A DNA stretch of 64,000 nt from Candidatus Methanomethylicaceae archaeon. GTDB taxonomy: Archaea; Thermoproteota; Methanomethylicia; Methanomethylicales; Methanomethylicaceae. Shown piece by piece: positions 9,206-20,011 of this stretch. Position 1 is the stretch's first letter. Each line of letters starts with the position of its first letter. Both the position numbers and the translations under genes were made by a program. The DNA is taken from positions 5,391-69,390 of the forward strand of contig JANXER010000002.1 in NCBI GenBank assembly GCA_025057955.1, written 5' to 3'. The notes under the pieces are model-generated. The model saw only the letters and a program-made list of their open reading frames with translations. It was not told the origin of the DNA and did not search any database.

Positions 9206-10309
9206 ATGATTCCAATCAATAAACCGATATTGGACAATGAAGAAAAAGAGGCTGTAATGAAAGTCTTAGAAAGTGGTGTGCTCACTGATCCATCAATGAA
9301 CGGAGGACCATTTGTAAGAGAGTTTGAAAGAGAATTGGCTAAATTTGTAGGAGTAGGGGAAGCAGTTGTAGTTAATTCTGGAACTTCAGCCCTACAAGTA
9401 GCACTCATGGCATTGAACATAGGACCAGGTGATGAAGTCATAATACCATCATTTACATTTGCAGCAACAGCTGGTGCAGTGATGCTTGTAGGCGCAAGGC
9501 CAATTTTTGTGGATATTGATTTAAAAACATATAATATGATACCAGAGGAGTTTAAGAAGGCAATAACTGAAAAGACAAAAGCAGTAATTCCTGTGGATTT
9601 GTATGGTCTTCCAGCAGAGATGGATGAAATAAAAGAAATTGCAGAAAATCATGGAATAGTAGTTATAGAGGATGCTTGTCAATCCCAAGGAGCAAAATAT
9701 AAGGGGAAAATGGCTGGAGGGCTTGGAGATATTGGTTGCTTCAGCTTCTATCCAGGTAAAGTAATGACTACAGGAGAAGGAGGAGCTATATTAACAAATG
9801 ATGAAAAACTTGCTGAAAAAATGAGGATGATAAGGACTCATGGACAAATAAGGGGATATGATTCTACACTACTTGGAGGAAACTTTAGAATGAATGAAAT
9901 TAGTGCAGCTATAGGTATTGTTCAATTAAAAAAGCTTCCAAAATTTTTGGAAATTAGAGCAAAAAATGCAAAAATTCTATTAGAGCTCTTGGAAAACTCC
10001 AAAATCATTCTTCCAGAAGTTCCAGAGTATTCTGTGCATAATTGGTATCTCTTTACTATAAGATTAAGAGGGCAAAAAGAAAGAGAAGGCTTAAAGACTA
10101 AACTCAGAGAGAGTGGATTTGGAGCCACTGTATATTATCCATCACCAATTCATAAACTTCCATATTATGCTTCCATAGGTTATGGAGGGCTTAGCTTGAA
10201 AAATAGCGAAATAGCCTCACAAACTGTACTTTCAATTCCAGTTCATCCATTAGTTAAAGAAGAAGATTTGAAAAGAATGGCTGAAATAATATTAAGCTCT
10301 TCCAACTAA
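9206..10309 (+). CDS. DegT/DnrJ/EryC1/StrS family PLP-dependent sugar aminotransferase
   Basis: 367 aa with a characteristic N-terminus (EKEAVMKVLESGVLT) and a family-wide match. Confidence 0.85.
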   Translation: MIPINKPILDNEEKEAVMKVLESGVLTDPSMNGGPFVREFERELAKFVGVGEAVVVNSGTSALQVALMALNIGPGDEVIIPSFTFAATAGAVMLVGARPIFVDIDLKTYNMIPEEFKKAITEKTKAVIPVDLYGLPAEMDEIKEIAENHGIVVIEDACQSQGAKYKGKMAGGLGDIGCFSFYPGKVMTTGEGGAILTNDEKLAEKMRMIRTHGQIRGYDSTLLGGNFRMNEISAAIGIVQLKKLPKFLEIRAKNAKILLELLENSKIILPEVPEYSVHNWYLFTIRLRGQKEREGLKTKLRESGFGATVYYPSPIHKLPYYASIGYGGLSLKNSEIASQTVLSIPVHPLVKEEDLKRMAEIILSSSN

Positions 10310-11461
10310 TGTAGAAGCTATTTTCTTAGACTTAGCAATTATTGTAAGCATTGGAGGCATTCCTAAAGGTCCTTTCAATATGCTTGCATCAGCAACATAT
10401 AGAGACTCTAAGATGGGAGTATATCCATCCGTAATTGAGCTGCAACTTCCTCCTGGATGTGCCCCCCTCAAATGAGTGTAAACTATAGTATTTGGATTTA
10501 CACCAGAGTGTATTAAAAGTTCCTCAGCCTCTTTTTTCCCTCTCTCCAATAAATCAAAATCTCTTCTAGTGATGGATTTTTCCACGGAATCTAGCTTTAC
10601 AATACCATTTGGTTCATCTGCTATCTTAACCATTATTCCTAAGATTTCCTCTTTATTTGCCCTTATGCCTTTACTTAGGATCTTAGGAAGAAGGAATATA
10701 GAATAATGTGGAGATAATAAATACCCCTCTCTATTTATGAAGATGGCCATATTCAATTCTCTATCGAAGCATAATTTCTTATTTTCAACTATTCCACCTA
10801 CAGTTATAAAAATATCCACGAAAAACCCACTTCCAACGTCCTCTATTCCAGATTTAATTAATATTCTAGGGGTATCAATAGCTCCTGCACAGAGGATTAC
10901 TGCATCACCCATTATTTCTCTGCCATTTATAAGTCTTACACCTATGGCCTTTTCTCCTTTGATTATTACTTTATCCACAGGAGATTCTGGCAATAGCTTA
11001 GCACCCTTTGAAATAGCATAATTTATATAGTGAATAGCAGTCCATTTTGCATCATAAGGACAGCCAAATGCACATTTTCCGCAGGATCTGCATTTAGAGA
11101 AATCAATGGATTTTGGCATTTTTTTCCACTCTGAAGATGTTTCTAGTAGTAATCTAGTGCCATTTCCAATATGTGAATCAGGAGGTTCATTTACTCCTAG
11201 TTCCTTCTCAGCCTCCAAATAATAATCCTTAAGCTCATTATCCAACCTTAAAGAATTTCCTAATGTTGTAACTGTTGATCCACCAATGCATATATTTTGA
11301 AGGATTTCTATATCATGAGAAGTTATAGTTCTATATGTTGTTGCAGCCTTTTTAACATCCACAATACTTCCACATTCCAATATTAGAACTTCCTTTCCTA
11401 ACGATGCTAGCTCCTTTGCAATAGTAGCTCCACTAGCCCCAGAACCTACTACTATAAACAT
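10292..11461 (-). CDS. FAD-dependent oxidoreductase, GMC-like short form
   Basis: N-terminal GSGASG dinucleotide motif, CRSCGKCAFGCPY segment, and a C-terminal GMC-like region. Last gene of the 7-gene operon. Confidence 0.55.
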   Translation of the reverse strand: MFIVVGSGASGATIAKELASLGKEVLILECGSIVDVKKAATTYRTITSHDIEILQNICIGGSTVTTLGNSLRLDNELKDYYLEAEKELGVNEPPDSHIGNGTRLLLETSSEWKKMPKSIDFSKCRSCGKCAFGCPYDAKWTAIHYINYAISKGAKLLPESPVDKVIIKGEKAIGVRLINGREIMGDAVILCAGAIDTPRILIKSGIEDVGSGFFVDIFITVGGIVENKKLCFDRELNMAIFINREGYLLSPHYSIFLLPKILSKGIRANKEEILGIMVKIADEPNGIVKLDSVEKSITRRDFDLLERGKKEAEELLIHSGVNPNTIVYTHLRGAHPGGSCSSITDGYTPILESLYVADASILKGPLGMPPMLTIIAKSKKIASTLVGRA

Positions 11462-12378
11462 CTTTCATCACTTAATCTAACTGCTTCATCTGGATTCTCC
11501 ACATATGGTATAGCAGCAAGTGCACCTATTAATCCTCTTTCACCTTTTACTTTTAGTAATTTTACATCACATTGTGATGCTACTTCATAGGTTTCTTGAA
11601 TTTCTATCATAGAAGTTTTAGCTTTCTTAGCATAATTCATAAGTCTTTCATTGAAAATTATTCCTTCGAATATAGCCATTCCCGTATAATCCGATAATGA
11701 GAAATCTCTCAACATCTCTTCGAAATTATTTATTAATTTAGCTTTTTTATTCGGGGATGCTGCAAATGAAACTGATATGGCTACACAATTTTGAGTTTTA
11801 TATGGATTACGAGGATAGAGTTGAACTATGGAATGTTCCAAATAATCCACATCCATTTCAAGAGAAATTCTATAGGAAATTTCATTAACTAAGGACCATG
11901 TAGCTCCTTCATCCTTTCTATCAGTATCATCCACACCAATTATAATTTTTTCCTTTTTTGGAAGTGTTATTATTACTCTTCCTAGTCTTTCTCCTCCTCC
12001 TCGTTCTATTATTTCTACATTTTCAACCCCCTTTGCCATAGTTCTCCCTAGAGCAGCTACTCCAGCTCCAGCCAAACCAGAATAACTTACCTTAATTTTA
12101 TCATTTTCAACAATTACAAAATCTATGGAAGCAGGGCTATAGCTTGGTTTTAAAGTTGTGGATTGAAAAATTGATGGTTTTATTTTATAAAAAATGCGAG
12201 TTCCTTCCCTTTTGGACCAAAAAATACAGGGACTATTCTTAGTATAGTGATATAAAGACCAAGCAGAACCTCCAATACATGTTCCTCTGGCGTGATCTTC
12301 TACAAGCTCCACTACATTATTTTTATCATCAAACATTGCCACTATTTTATTATGAGGAGAAATCCAAGGTTTATACAT
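11452..12378 (-). CDS. Hypothetical protein with central GVDDTD...T motif reminiscent of the N-terminal kinase domain of TiaS (DUF1743)
   Basis: 308 aa. The motif IIGVDDTDRKDEGATW sits mid-protein. The TiaS similarity is recalled, not aligned. Confidence 0.4.
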   Translation of the reverse strand: MYKPWISPHNKIVAMFDDKNNVVELVEDHARGTCIGGSAWSLYHYTKNSPCIFWSKREGTRIFYKIKPSIFQSTTLKPSYSPASIDFVIVENDKIKVSYSGLAGAGVAALGRTMAKGVENVEIIERGGGERLGRVIITLPKKEKIIIGVDDTDRKDEGATWSLVNEISYRISLEMDVDYLEHSIVQLYPRNPYKTQNCVAISVSFAASPNKKAKLINNFEEMLRDFSLSDYTGMAIFEGIIFNERLMNYAKKAKTSMIEIQETYEVASQCDVKLLKVKGERGLIGALAAIPYVENPDEAVRLSDERCL

Positions 12379-12381
12379 ATG

Positions 12382-13926
12382 TTAATCCTCTAAAATTCTC
12401 GGCTTTGTAAGTTCCACTCCTTCCTCTCTGCTAACTGGAATCTCAATCAAAATCGGTTCCTTTATAACTTCAAGTGCTTTACTTACATCCTCTGGATTTC
12501 TTGCAGATATGGCATTAATTCCATAGGCTTCTGCAAGTTTTAAATAATCTGGTGGATATTCATAATCCACTCCAAAAATCTTCTTATATACAATGCTTTG
12601 AACTTGTCTTATCAATCCAAGCGATTTATTGTTGAATAGACAAACAGCTATTGCTAGATTATTTTCCCTTATGGTAGATAACTCCGAAGAACTCATTTGA
12701 AAACCACCATCTCCTACAGCTACAATTACTTTTCTATTTGGAAGAGCAAATTTAGCTCCAATAGCAGCAGGAATGGAAAATCCCATGGAAGACATTCCAC
12801 CGGAGAATATTAATTGTCTTGGATGCTCAATCCTCAAAGCCTTTAGAAGCCATATAGCATGTTGGCCTATATCTAATGAAAAAATAGCATCCTTTGATTT
12901 TGCTATTGCTTTTGCGTAGGGCATAATATCATCAGTATATTTATCAACAATTCTGCTTTTAATTTTACCTAATTTTTTAATGATTAACTCTAAGAAAGCA
13001 GATACATCTCCTCTTATTTTAATATTAGAGATAGAAGAGAAGTTCCTTGGTTCTATATCTACTTGAATGATTTTGCATTTCAAATCCATTTTTCCAATAG
13101 TCATATTTGAAAGTCTACATCCTAAGACCAAAAGTAAATCACAGCTTAATAATGCTTCATTAGCCTCTTTGAAACCTCTTCTTCCCACTGGACCTAGACA
13201 GAGGGGATGAGACTCAGGCACAATGCCCCTTCCCATCATGGATGTAACCAATGGTATTTCTGTAGTTTCTATAAAACGAAGCATTAGATCAGATGCATTT
13301 GAGAATACTGCTCCTCTTCCTGCTAATATCAATGGAAATTTAGAATTGAAGATTTCTCTTAATACTAATTCAATAGATTCAGAATTGGGGATTATTTTGC
13401 TTGGAGTTGGAGAATAATTTAACATTATAGATGGTTTTTTCTGAATATCCCCGGGGATGATTATACATGATGGTCCAGGACATCCCTCTAGACAAGATAA
13501 ATAAGCTCTACATACCATATTATAGGCTTCATATGGATCATTTATTTGAGTGCAGAACTTTGTTACTTGAGAGAATATTGCAGTTAAATTAACATCTTCA
13601 ATCCATCCCTTTCCTTGTTCATATGTAGGAACTTGACTTATTATGGAGATTATTGAAGAGTTATCCTTGAAAGATGCTGCAAGACCTGCAGCTAGATTAA
13701 CAGCCCCTTGTCCTGCACTTCCAATACATAATCCAATTCTTCCAGAGGCTCTTGTGAATCCATCTGAGGCATAAGCAGCAAATTGCTCATTTCGCATTAA
13801 TATATGTTTTATTTTTGAATTGGATAAAGCCTCATATATTGGTAGTGACCACATTCCAGGCATTCCAAAAGCAATATTCAATCCAAGCCTCTCTAATGTA
13901 GAGATTATTACTTCTGCAGCGTTCAA
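12382..13926 (-). CDS. Thiamine-diphosphate-dependent enzyme of the acetolactate-synthase/pyruvate-oxidase family (short, 514 aa)
   Basis: N-terminal Pyr domain and a C-terminal PP domain with a GDGGF...N ThDP motif. No adjacent small regulatory subunit. Confidence 0.8.
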   Translation of the reverse strand: MNAAEVIISTLERLGLNIAFGMPGMWSLPIYEALSNSKIKHILMRNEQFAAYASDGFTRASGRIGLCIGSAGQGAVNLAAGLAASFKDNSSIISIISQVPTYEQGKGWIEDVNLTAIFSQVTKFCTQINDPYEAYNMVCRAYLSCLEGCPGPSCIIIPGDIQKKPSIMLNYSPTPSKIIPNSESIELVLREIFNSKFPLILAGRGAVFSNASDLMLRFIETTEIPLVTSMMGRGIVPESHPLCLGPVGRRGFKEANEALLSCDLLLVLGCRLSNMTIGKMDLKCKIIQVDIEPRNFSSISNIKIRGDVSAFLELIIKKLGKIKSRIVDKYTDDIMPYAKAIAKSKDAIFSLDIGQHAIWLLKALRIEHPRQLIFSGGMSSMGFSIPAAIGAKFALPNRKVIVAVGDGGFQMSSSELSTIRENNLAIAVCLFNNKSLGLIRQVQSIVYKKIFGVDYEYPPDYLKLAEAYGINAISARNPEDVSKALEVIKEPILIEIPVSREEGVELTKPRILED

Positions 13927-14420
13927 GGGGCACTACCCTTTATCTTCTTCTTATAATATTCTACTAATCCTCCAGAATTAAGTATTTCCTGAAGGAATTG
14001 AGGCAAGGGTTTGTATTTTAAAATTCCTCTTTTAGTTTTTATAATGCCTTCGTTTAAATTTATTTCAATTACATCACCATTATCCACAGCATTAGAAATT
14101 CCCTTACACTCTATAAGCAGTAATCCATTATTAATTCCATTTCTAAAGAATATACGAGCAAATGATTCTGCTACAATAGCACTTATTCCTGCCCACTTTA
14201 TAGCAAGAACAGCTTGCTCTCTACTTGATCCACAGCCAAAATTTTTTCCAGCAACAATTATATCTCCTGATTTAACTTTAGAGCTGAATGTTGGATCTAT
14301 CCCTTCAAGAACATGCTTTGGCCATATTGATTTATCCACAGATCGCAAGTATTTAGCAGGTATTATAACATCAGTATCAATATCATCACCAAATTTCCAA
14401 ACTCTTCCGCTTATTATCAA
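13923..14420 (-). CDS. leuD: 3-isopropylmalate/homoaconitate dehydratase small subunit (LeuD family)
   Basis: 165 aa. [21 protein letters not shown] matches the family. Confidence 0.8.
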   Translation of the reverse strand: MIISGRVWKFGDDIDTDVIIPAKYLRSVDKSIWPKHVLEGIDPTFSSKVKSGDIIVAGKNFGCGSSREQAVLAIKWAGISAIVAESFARIFFRNGINNGLLLIECKGISNAVDNGDVIEINLNEGIIKTKRGILKYKPLPQFLQEILNSGGLVEYYKKKIKGSAP

Positions 14421-15667
14421 TCCAAATACCTCCTTGGATCGGTTATTTTTCCCTCTATGGAAGAGGCTGCAGTTGTTTGAGGTGAAGCAAGATAAACTTT
14501 TGAAGATCTTGCGCCCATTCTTCCAATGAAATTTCTATTAGAAGTAGAAATACAAACTTCATCCTCACCAAGAACGCCCATGTGAACGCCTAAACATGGA
14601 CCACATCCAGGGACGCCAATTATCGCCCCAGAATCCATGAGGATATCTATTATTCCATCCTTCATAGCCTTTACTAATGTAGTTTTAGATGCAGGAACTA
14701 CAATTAACCTTGCACGAACTTTTCTCCCCTTTAATATTTTAGCAGCCTCCAAAAGATCTTCGTATCTTCCATTAGTACAAGATCCTAAGAATGCTTGATC
14801 TATTGGTTCTCCTTCTACCTCAGTAACTGACTTTACATTAGAGACTTTATATGGAATGGCTACTTTTGGATCTATGTATTGAGAATCTATGGATATTATC
14901 TCAGCCACACCATCATCTGTACTATAAATCTTGCCTTCTCTTCCAAGAAATTCCATGGTCTTATCATCTGGCTCTATGAAAGCCGTCTTTGCGCCCATTT
15001 CAACTGCCATATTGGCTAAAGTCATTCTTGATGATTGAGACATTTTTTTTACAGTTTCTCCAGTGAACTCTAAAACTTTATAAGTAGCACCATCTGTGCC
15101 TAGAATTCTTGCTACTTCCAATATTAAATCCTTTGAAGATACTCCTTTTTTCAAAAATCCTTTAAATTCTATCCTAATAGTCTCTGGAACTTTAATCCAT
15201 GTTTTTCCAGTTGCTAATATATAAGCCATATCCGTAGCGCCCATTCCAAGAGCCATTAAACCAAAGGCTCCAATAGTGCATGTATGTGAGTCTGCACCAC
15301 ATACTATCATACCAGGAGCAACATAGCCTTTTTCAGGAACTACTTGATGACATATGCCCTCTCCTATTTCATGAAATTTTGTAATATTCTGCTCCCTTAT
15401 GAATTTCCTCACCTTAGCTTGTAATGTAGCAGCTTGATCATTATATGGAGGAGCAGCATGATCAAATATTACAGCTATTTTTTCTGGGCTAAATACTCGA
15501 TTCACTTCCATTTCCTTAAGTACATCAATTATAAGCGGTCCAGTACCATCATGGAAGTAGGCAAAATCCACTGGTACTTCTACAAAGTCTCCTGAATAAA
15601 CTTTCCTTCCTATAGCGCTGGATATTATTTTTTCAATTGCCGTTGCCATATAAACCCCAAAAATCAT
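14417..15667 (-). CDS. leuC: 3-isopropylmalate/homoaconitate dehydratase large subunit (LeuC family aconitase)
   Basis: 416 aa. Aconitase-family Cys ligand motifs (GSCTNGR and others). Confidence 0.85.
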   Translation of the reverse strand: MIFGVYMATAIEKIISSAIGRKVYSGDFVEVPVDFAYFHDGTGPLIIDVLKEMEVNRVFSPEKIAVIFDHAAPPYNDQAATLQAKVRKFIREQNITKFHEIGEGICHQVVPEKGYVAPGMIVCGADSHTCTIGAFGLMALGMGATDMAYILATGKTWIKVPETIRIEFKGFLKKGVSSKDLILEVARILGTDGATYKVLEFTGETVKKMSQSSRMTLANMAVEMGAKTAFIEPDDKTMEFLGREGKIYSTDDGVAEIISIDSQYIDPKVAIPYKVSNVKSVTEVEGEPIDQAFLGSCTNGRYEDLLEAAKILKGRKVRARLIVVPASKTTLVKAMKDGIIDILMDSGAIIGVPGCGPCLGVHMGVLGEDEVCISTSNRNFIGRMGARSSKVYLASPQTTAASSIEGKITDPRRYLD

Positions 15668-15699
15668 AAATTATATTGAAGTATTTTTATTTGTCGGAA

Positions 15700-16488
15700 T
15701 CATTTTGCCAATGCACTAGCAAATATAATTGGTAAAAGAAAACCAGTTCTAGCCCTTGATGTATCAATATATACTTTGGGTAGCGCTGATGCATATGCTC
15801 CAAAGCTATCAATATTTGCAATAAGCACTAATGATCTAAAAATTAAATTACCAATTATTCCATCTGGAGCAATAATTATATTGGAAGATTCTATTGCTCG
15901 CTCAATCTCTATTCCAAAGTTCTCAACTTCCAATCCAATTTCTTCTATTTTTTTTGTAAGAATTTCTGATTGTTCCAACATTTCATCAACTTTCTTACTT
16001 CTTCCTTTATCCTCATGTCTTCCACCAGATATCACTCCTACTTTATAATCAAGTCCAAATTTTTCTGCAATTTTTTTCCCTCTAAGTGCAAATTCTATGA
16101 GATCTTCCAATGTATCTCCTTCATCTATTCCAACAGGAGCAAGCATTATTGGTCTATTTGTTATTTCCATCATGGTTATTCTATATAGATTTTTACATCC
16201 AAAGATAGACTTCATAATATGAAGAAGAGATCTTGCGCTCAAATTTCCTCTTATTGCAGCTTCTACTTCTCCACTTGCTAGTAGATGGATTAGCCTCTCC
16301 TCAATATTGTTAGAAACAATACAAGGAACTTCTGTAGTAATTTTCTTATTACAAACAATTATTGGATTTGCATAACCATGCTTCTTAGCAAATATTGCAG
16401 AATTTATAATATTATCAGCAGATGGCTTCTCTGAATCAACTCCAATGGCTACAATTGCTTTATTCGCTTTTGCAAGAGAGTAAATCAT
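15700..16488 (-). CDS. PTA_PTB (phosphate acyltransferase)-like domain protein
   Basis: 262 aa. DGIIGNLIFRSL resembles the phosphotransacetylase C-terminal motif. Weak. Confidence 0.4.
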   Translation of the reverse strand: MIYSLAKANKAIVAIGVDSEKPSADNIINSAIFAKKHGYANPIIVCNKKITTEVPCIVSNNIEERLIHLLASGEVEAAIRGNLSARSLLHIMKSIFGCKNLYRITMMEITNRPIMLAPVGIDEGDTLEDLIEFALRGKKIAEKFGLDYKVGVISGGRHEDKGRSKKVDEMLEQSEILTKKIEEIGLEVENFGIEIERAIESSNIIIAPDGIIGNLIFRSLVLIANIDSFGAYASALPKVYIDTSRARTGFLLPIIFASALAK

Positions 16489-17651
16489 TTCTTCTCCTCC
16501 AACACTTTCTTAGCAAAGTCTATAAGCTCAGAATTTTCAATTATCTTATGACCTATTGGTAAGCTCTTTAACCTTCTAACAATTTCAGCAATTTCTTCAT
16601 CACTTAAATTCAGTCCACTTGAAAGAAGTTTTTCTTTAACGCCTTCTGTGCCAGAATGTCTTCCAAATACAAGCTTTCTCTCTTGTCCAACTAACTGAGG
16701 ATCGTATGGTTCATAGGTAAAGGGATGTTTTAAGACTGCTGCTACATGTATGCCAGATTCATGTCTAAATGCATTTTCTCCTACAATGGCTTTATTTACA
16801 GGTATTGGAATTCCAGAGAATTTTGAAACTAGTAGAGAGAGATCACGAAGTTTTTCAATACGAAAGTTTAAATCTACTCCATATAATGCATATAAGCACA
16901 TGACAACTTCTTCCAATGCTGCATTACCACATCTTTCTCCAAGACCATTAACAGATACTGATATAGCATCTATTCCTGCTTCATAAGCAGCTAAAGAGTT
17001 TGCAACAGCTAGACCAAAGTCATTGTGACAATGAACAGACATCTCTATATCAAAGTTTCTTCTTATTTGTCCAACTAAGTAAGCCATTCCCTTCGGTCTT
17101 ATACAACCAGCGGTATCAGCTATTCCAATTCTTTCTGCACCATGATCTATAGCAGCTTTATAAAGAGATAATAAAGAATCTAATGTGGTTCTTGTAGCAT
17201 CTTCTGCAGTCAATTGTACAAATAAACCATGATCCTTAGCATATTCCACTGCCCATAAGGCCATATCTATAGCGTTCTTCAAGTCCATTTTCAATTTATA
17301 CTTCAAATGTAAATCGGATACTGCCAAGAATATTATTACCCCTTCAACCTCTGCCCTCAATGCAGCATCAATATCCTTCTGCTTAGGTCTGCATAGAGCA
17401 AGTATTCTAGCATTAAGTCGCTCCATGACCACCGCTTTAACAGCCTCTTCATCATAGGAAGAGATTACAGGAAAACCTGCCTCTATTTCATGAATACCAA
17501 CTTCATCCAATTTCCTGGCAATTTCCACCTTTTGTTCTTTTGTGAATTTCACTCCAGGAGTTTGTTCACCATCTCTTAGTGTAGTATCATATATCTTAAC
17601 CTTTCTATTCTCTCGATATACAAAATTATATGGACTTGTGAAATATCTCAA
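16485..17651 (-). CDS. 2-isopropylmalate / homocitrate / citramalate synthase family enzyme (short form without LeuA regulatory domain)
   Basis: 388 aa. N-terminus ...YDTTLRDGEQ. HMGL-like TIM barrel. Confidence 0.8.
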   Translation of the reverse strand: MRYFTSPYNFVYRENRKVKIYDTTLRDGEQTPGVKFTKEQKVEIARKLDEVGIHEIEAGFPVISSYDEEAVKAVVMERLNARILALCRPKQKDIDAALRAEVEGVIIFLAVSDLHLKYKLKMDLKNAIDMALWAVEYAKDHGLFVQLTAEDATRTTLDSLLSLYKAAIDHGAERIGIADTAGCIRPKGMAYLVGQIRRNFDIEMSVHCHNDFGLAVANSLAAYEAGIDAISVSVNGLGERCGNAALEEVVMCLYALYGVDLNFRIEKLRDLSLLVSKFSGIPIPVNKAIVGENAFRHESGIHVAAVLKHPFTYEPYDPQLVGQERKLVFGRHSGTEGVKEKLLSSGLNLSDEEIAEIVRRLKSLPIGHKIIENSELIDFAKKVLEEKK

Positions 17652-17686
17652 ATCTATTCATCCTCAAATTAATTCTAAGTATTCCG

Positions 17687-18430
17687 CTATATTTGATCTT
17701 TGTATGAAAGTTTCTTGAATGCTTCTTTAGCCAAATTATACATCTCATAATCTCCAATATCATACCAATATCCCTTGAATTTAAAGCCATAAACTTTCTC
17801 TCGATTTACTAACCATTCGATAAATTTACCTATAGGATCTGGAGGATTAGATTTCAAATAATCTTCCATTAATATCATGCTCCTCCAAGGCAGCATATAG
17901 ATACAAGTGGAGATTAAACAACTCTTTGGACTCTTTGGCTTTTCTTCAAATTCAATTATTGATCCATTATCATCAAGAATTACACATGCATAGTTTTTTG
18001 CTGATTCTAATTTATCAATCTCAAATAATGCAACAACAGGTAATTTCACTTTATAGAAAAATGATGCCATTTCTCTTAGATCAAGTGAAAATACATTATC
18101 TCCAGCAACTATTAAATAATCATCTCTTACATTTTTAGCAATATTCCATACAGCAATTATTGGACCTGGCTTTTCCTCTTCCTTCATGGATGGTTCAGTT
18201 ATAACAGTTAAATTTTTATAACCTCTCTCTTTAATCCATTCCAAGAAGTTTTTTTCAAATTTTTTATTTGTAGAAATTATAATCTCACTCAAATTTTCTA
18301 TTTTCATAATTTTAGGAATTATATAATCCAATATACAACCATCTCCTAATGGAAGTAAGGGCTTTGGTTTTTCCAAAGTAAGAGGCCATAACCTCTTAGC
18401 ATAACCTCCAGCTAGTACAATTGTTCGCAT
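17687..18430 (-). CDS. Sugar-phosphate nucleotidyltransferase (NTP_transferase family)
   Basis: N-terminus MRTIVLAGGYAKRLWPLT. GxGxR(L) motif. Confidence 0.75.
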   Translation of the reverse strand: MRTIVLAGGYAKRLWPLTLEKPKPLLPLGDGCILDYIIPKIMKIENLSEIIISTNKKFEKNFLEWIKERGYKNLTVITEPSMKEEEKPGPIIAVWNIAKNVRDDYLIVAGDNVFSLDLREMASFFYKVKLPVVALFEIDKLESAKNYACVILDDNGSIIEFEEKPKSPKSCLISTCIYMLPWRSMILMEDYLKSNPPDPIGKFIEWLVNREKVYGFKFKGYWYDIGDYEMYNLAKEAFKKLSYKDQI

Positions 18431-18484
18431 TCTCTCACCATAAATAATATAAAGAATAGAGTATTTTAATTATTTCACTTAGCC

Positions 18485-18928
18485 ATGAATCCTTACATCA
18501 ATGTAATAATAATATCATTAATGCCAATAGCAGAATGTAGAGGAGCAATACCTTACGGTTTAATAAACGGCATGGATGTAACAACTGTAGCCATTTTATC
18601 ATTTCTTGGAAACATTATTCCTGTTCCTTTTATTTTATTATTAATGAATAAGCTTGAGGCTATTATCTTGAGACATAATAATCTTAAAAAAATTTATGTA
18701 AAGTACATTAATAATCTCAGAAAGAGAAGTAGTAATGTTGTAGAAAAATATGGATTTTATGGGCTCATCATTTTCATAGCTTTGCCACTGCCAGGAACTG
18801 GAGCATGGACTGGAAGCATTGTAGCACATATTTTTGGCATTAAGTTAATAAAAGCCCTTTTTGCAATATTCATAGGTGTTGCAATTGCAGTCGTAATAGT
18901 AACAATTACTACAATAATAATATTATGA
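18485..18928 (+). CDS. Small membrane protein (COG2426-like)
   Basis: 147 aa with 3-4 TM segments. Confidence 0.35.
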   Translation: MNPYINVIIISLMPIAECRGAIPYGLINGMDVTTVAILSFLGNIIPVPFILLLMNKLEAIILRHNNLKKIYVKYINNLRKRSSNVVEKYGFYGLIIFIALPLPGTGAWTGSIVAHIFGIKLIKALFAIFIGVAIAVVIVTITTIIIL

Positions 18929-20011
18929 GATTTTATCTATAATTTCAATCCATAATCTCATCTTAGTAATTTGAATTTCCATAAATTTTTTCAAATGATC
19001 ATCAAGTTCTTTCAGTTTTAACTCCAACAAATCAGCTAAAGAAAGATAGGCATCGCTGTAATTATTTCCGGAGATTCCTTCGTCCACAGCCCTCCAAATC
19101 CATTCATTTATTATCATTCCATCCAATTCCTTCTTCAAGTCTTTAAATACACTTCTCGGCCTCTTATCATGAAAGCCAATGGGCTTTCCTATGGAAAGTT
19201 TATCTCCTAAGTGATCAGCTATGCGTTTTAGGAAAATTCCAGACCATATATCATCAAATCTATCAATTCCCATGAAATTCATATATAGTTGATAAAAGGC
19301 AGGAACTATTTTAGTAAGAAAGGAAGTATTCATGCTACAAAGGGCAAAATAAGTCCCCTCACCAATTATTACCTTTTCTTTTCTTATTCCTCTTCCCTTT
19401 ATATCACATTTACCATTAAACCCCCCATAGTAGAGAATGGTTAAGGCATCTAAATCCGGATCTCCTATCCAATGTCCCATATTTAATACAGTTTTTCCCC
19501 CTTTATTTATCCAAGAGTACTCTTCTAATCTTGTCTCAGGCGCATATGGATGGCCTCTTGGAAATAATCTTTTATCTATTATGAGTAGATCTATAGTATT
19601 ATACCATTTATGTTTAGAGTATACAGTCTCCCCATCATCATTAAAGAGATTGGCCCTATGAGCCTCTATAAATCCATCATTAATATAAACATCATCATCC
19701 AATTCTATTATAAAATCAGCATCCTCTTCATAAGCTATTAAAAAGCCAAAGCTGGTCTCAGCATGAGCTCTTTCAGGTATAACAGAAGAATATCTTTCAT
19801 AGGATGAACCAAATCTTGCTTTAAACCAATCCAACCTCTCTCTTGGACCATAAAACTTTTTATCTATATCCTTGAGTAGATTCTCATTCTCTCTTCTTAT
19901 TTGTTCATCACCCTCATCCACCACTATTAATTTTACATCATTTTTAATCAATTCATTAACCTTGAGATTAGATAATCTATTTATTGTTGCCATAATAAGA
20001 TATGGGGGCAT
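18923..20011 (-). CDS. Reversibly-glycosylated-polypeptide / UDP-arabinopyranose-mutase (RGP, GT75) family protein
   Basis: DDDVYI, GHPYAPETR, GHWIGDPDLDA and FDDIWSGIFLKRIADHLG all parallel recalled plant RGP/UAM motifs (DDDCFV, GYPFSLR, HGLWLNIPDYDA, YDDMWAGWCVKVICDHLG). Confidence 0.55.
   Translation of the reverse strand: MPPYLIMATINRLSNLKVNELIKNDVKLIVVDEGDEQIRRENENLLKDIDKKFYGPRERLDWFKARFGSSYERYSSVIPERAHAETSFGFLIAYEEDADFIIELDDDVYINDGFIEAHRANLFNDDGETVYSKHKWYNTIDLLIIDKRLFPRGHPYAPETRLEEYSWINKGGKTVLNMGHWIGDPDLDALTILYYGGFNGKCDIKGRGIRKEKVIIGEGTYFALCSMNTSFLTKIVPAFYQLYMNFMGIDRFDDIWSGIFLKRIADHLGDKLSIGKPIGFHDKRPRSVFKDLKKELDGMIINEWIWRAVDEGISGNNYSDAYLSLADLLELKLKELDDHLKKFMEIQITKMRLWIEIIDKIS

Noticed and set aside
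11452-12378. Calling the 308-aa protein tRNA(Ile2) agmatidine synthetase TiaS
   Set aside because: Only a short motif (GVDDTD, plus a Thr seven residues after the last Asp) resembles TiaS. The motif is mid-protein rather than N-terminal, and the OB and zinc-ribbon domains are absent.
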